This document shows, one piece after another, positions 61,713-64,000 of a DNA stretch of 64,000 nt. Each line of letters opens with the position of its first letter. Position 1 is the first letter of the stretch. The DNA comes from Methanobacteriota archaeon (lineage in GTDB: Archaea; Thermoplasmatota; Poseidoniia; Poseidoniales; Thalassarchaeaceae): positions 210,881 to 274,880 of the forward strand of contig PSPW01000001.1 in the NCBI GenBank assembly GCA_004195615.1, in the 5' to 3' direction. Made by a program: the position numbers and the translations under genes. The notes below the pieces were generated by a model that did not search any database, had not been told where the DNA came from, and was given only the letters and a program-made list of their open reading frames with translations.

Positions 61713-63407
61713 ATGGGCATAGACCACAGCAACTTGGAGCTCCCGAGGGAGCCGGGGGTGTACCTGTTCAAGCGATCAGACGACCGAGTCCTGTACGTCG
61801 GGAAGGCGACGGACCTCAGGTCGAGGGTTAGGTCCTACTTCTCCCAGAACCCAGACAGAGAGATGGTACCGAGGCTCGTTAAGGAGGCCGACAAGGTAGA
61901 CTTCATCGTCACGCAGAGCCCCTCCGAGGCGCTCGTCCTAGAGAGGGAGCTGATCAGGTCTAACCAACCGAGGTACAACTCCGATCTGAAGGACGGGAAG
62001 TCCTTCCCATTCATCGCGATGACCTCGCACGAGAAGCCTCGCATCATGTACACCAGGCACCCACCGAAAGACGCGAGGATATGGGGGCCATTCCCTGATG
62101 CCGGTGCTGCCAAGCTCGTGGTGAAGCTTCTTCGTCGCCACTTCGGTATGCGGGACAAGACCGACAAGGCCCCCTTCGGGTTCGTAGAGACCGGTGGGGA
62201 CGAGGGGTACTCCGAGAGGGTCAGGGCGGTCGAGAGCGTCTTGGACGGGAATGCTGGGGCCCTGATTGAAAGGCTGCAGTCCGAGATGGACAAGGCATCA
62301 GAGATGCTGAACTACGAGAGGGCAGCTAGGGTACGGGACATGATCGGCTCGGTCCAGGGCGCGAAGTCGGAGAACGTGATATCCAGCAGGTTCTACCAGG
62401 ACTGCGATGCCGTGGGCTTCTCATCGAGTGGCGACAGCGGGTGTCTGGTAATCCTCCATGCGAAGGAGGGGATAATTCGCGGCCAGGTCGAGTACCAGCT
62501 GATCCATCGGGGAGACGTATCGGACTCGGTCTCGCTGATCCTTTCCGAGCACTACGCGAACAGGCGGCCCCCGAAGAGCCTGCTAGTCCCCTCACCCCTC
62601 GGCGACTCGATGACAGAATGGCTGTCAAAGAGGAGGCTTGCGTCCGTTGAGGTCAGAGTCCCCATGCGAGGGGAGCTTGCGAAGCTCAGGTCGATGGCGG
62701 ACAGGAACGCCGAGATACACCTCATCAGGAGCTCCCGAGCGGGTGACCTGGAGAAGACAGCTGCCGACGAGGGAGCCGCCCTTCTGAGCCTCGATACTCT
62801 GGATCACATAGTCTGCTTTGACATGTCCCAGACTCTCGGCAAGGAGAGAGTGGGGGCGTCAGTTGTCATGAGGAAGGGCAGGCCCTCTAAGGAGGAGTAC
62901 AGGACCTACAGAGTCAGGTCGGATGCACAAGACGACCTCAGGATGATGTCGGAGGTCGTGGAACGGTGGGCAAAGAGACAGGACGAGTGGCCCGACCTGC
63001 TGCTGCTGGACGGCGGAGAGACTCACCTTTCCACGATTGAGCGGACGCTCGAGGAGATGGGGTTGCTGGGAGAGTTCTCGATAGCGGCACTCGCAAAGAG
63101 GGAGGAGACCCTCCACATGAGGGGCATCGAGCCTATACTCCTAGACCGGAGAGGGAGAGTCTTGGTCCACGCTCGCGACGAGGCGCATAGGTTCTCCAAC
63201 ACCTTCCACAAGAAGCGCCGGGGCAAGGGAGCCCTGGCCGACCCGCTCGAGGAGGTAGAGGGACTGGGTGCGAAGAAGATCCAGTCCCTGCTCCGTCACT
63301 TCGGAGGGATGAAGGGAATAGAGCACGCCAGCGTCAAGGACTTGCGCGGCGTACCCGGGATAGGCAAGGAGATGGCCGAGAGGATTCGTGTCCATCTGCA
63401 TAGGTGA
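61713..63407 (+). CDS. uvrC: Excinuclease ABC subunit C
   Basis: GIY-YIG N-terminus (PGVYLFKRSDDRVLYVGKATDLRSRV), UvrC central region, and C-terminal HhH (LRGVPGIGKEMAERI). Probable start MGIDHS… (the ORF track lists 61668). Confidence 0.85.
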   Translation: MGIDHSNLELPREPGVYLFKRSDDRVLYVGKATDLRSRVRSYFSQNPDREMVPRLVKEADKVDFIVTQSPSEALVLERELIRSNQPRYNSDLKDGKSFPFIAMTSHEKPRIMYTRHPPKDARIWGPFPDAGAAKLVVKLLRRHFGMRDKTDKAPFGFVETGGDEGYSERVRAVESVLDGNAGALIERLQSEMDKASEMLNYERAARVRDMIGSVQGAKSENVISSRFYQDCDAVGFSSSGDSGCLVILHAKEGIIRGQVEYQLIHRGDVSDSVSLILSEHYANRRPPKSLLVPSPLGDSMTEWLSKRRLASVEVRVPMRGELAKLRSMADRNAEIHLIRSSRAGDLEKTAADEGAALLSLDTLDHIVCFDMSQTLGKERVGASVVMRKGRPSKEEYRTYRVRSDAQDDLRMMSEVVERWAKRQDEWPDLLLLDGGETHLSTIERTLEEMGLLGEFSIAALAKREETLHMRGIEPILLDRRGRVLVHARDEAHRFSNTFHKKRRGKGALADPLEEVEGLGAKKIQSLLRHFGGMKGIEHASVKDLRGVPGIGKEMAERIRVHLHR

Positions 63408-63411
63408 TCTG

Positions 63412-64000
63412 ATGTCTGGAAGGGGGCCTCACTCTAAGCTCGAGGAGGCCGTGTCCGCATTGTACGCCGGGAGACTCCCCGGCGAACTGCCAAGGCGATG
63501 GGAGCGTTTTTCCGACGTAGCGATCATGCCGCAAGGTTCCTTCGAAGGACCTGGTTGGGCTCACGATGGAACCCTATGGGAGGTCGTGGCGGGAGCCCTT
63601 GGCGCCAAGCGCCTCGCTAGGATGGGAGAGGTGAGCGGCGAGTTCCGCGAGAGCGGGGTCGAGATGCTGCTGGGCAAGGACGACTGGGTTGTGCGCAGGG
63701 AGAGCGGGGTCGACTACGGGTACGCGATGACCCGCTGCATGTTCTCTGCTGGAAACGTGAACGAGAGGCGGAGAATGGGCGAGGTCGCTGGAGAGGACGA
63801 AGTGATTGTGGACCTCTATGCGGGGATAGGCTACTACACGCTGCCCGCACTGGTGCACGGCGAGGTATCGGTCCACGCCTGTGAGTGGAACCCCGAGGCC
63901 GTCAGAGCGCTGAGATGGGGATTGGAGGCAAACGGAGTCGAGGATCGTTGCGTGGTCCATGAGGGAGACAACAGGGTCACGACCGAATCGCTGGAGGGAG
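63412..64000 (+). CDS. Trm5/Taw2 (TYW2)-family class-I tRNA methyltransferase, partial (runs off the window end)
   Basis: Hand translation from the ATG at 63412. SAM-binding VDLYAGIGYYTLP and catalytic ACEWNPEAV (NPPY-like). Not in the ORF track because it is truncated. Confidence 0.55.
   Translation, partial: MSGRGPHSKLEEAVSALYAGRLPGELPRRWERFSDVAIMPQGSFEGPGWAHDGTLWEVVAGALGAKRLARMGEVSGEFRESGVEMLLGKDDWVVRRESGVDYGYAMTRCMFSAGNVNERRRMGEVAGEDEVIVDLYAGIGYYTLPALVHGEVSVHACEWNPEAVRALRWGLEANGVEDRCVVHEGDNRVTTESLEG

Overview
This is a gene-dense (about 90% coding) archaeal chromosomal segment. It encodes a group II chaperonin (thermosome), ABCE1/RLI, a eukaryote-type primase small subunit PriS, a Bud32 kinase, a 220-aa archaeal-type triosephosphate isomerase, and several very large acidic surface proteins with C-terminal membrane anchors. 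Together these suggest a planktonic Thermoplasmatota/Marine-Group-II-like euryarchaeon; that assignment is inference from gene content only. I support about 53 protein-coding genes and one tRNA-Gly(GCC). I see no rRNA, CRISPR array, transposase or integrase. Most genes are housekeeping: sucCD, pyrG, thrS, tpiA, dnaK/grpE, thermosome, nadA, uvrC, carbamate kinase, PPK2, agmatinase, peptidases and glycosyltransferases. The unusual pieces are: (i) a tandem phytoene-synthase-like and squalene-synthase-like pair; (ii) a 930-aa ResIII/DECH superfamily-2 helicase translationally coupled to a sugar nucleotidyltransferase; (iii) PriS followed by an AN1-like zinc-finger membrane protein; (iv) a secreted Ca-binding lipoprotein with a PLC-X-like domain; (v) a PAP2-family protein fused to a beta-propeller-like ectodomain; (vi) a truncated arsC remnant and palindrome abutting tRNA-Gly; (vii) a dnaK locus with a fused Hsp20-like gene, grpE 35 kb away and no dnaJ, sharing a divergent intergenic region with the thermosome gene; (viii) two tandem stand-alone RAM-domain proteins convergent with a wHTH-STAND NTPase-TPR protein in a GC-richer block. 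No complete, recognisable defence or mobile system is demonstrable from sequence alone; candidate novel modules are flagged with explicit tests. ORFs that run off the window edges are not in the supplied ORF track and were recovered by hand translation.
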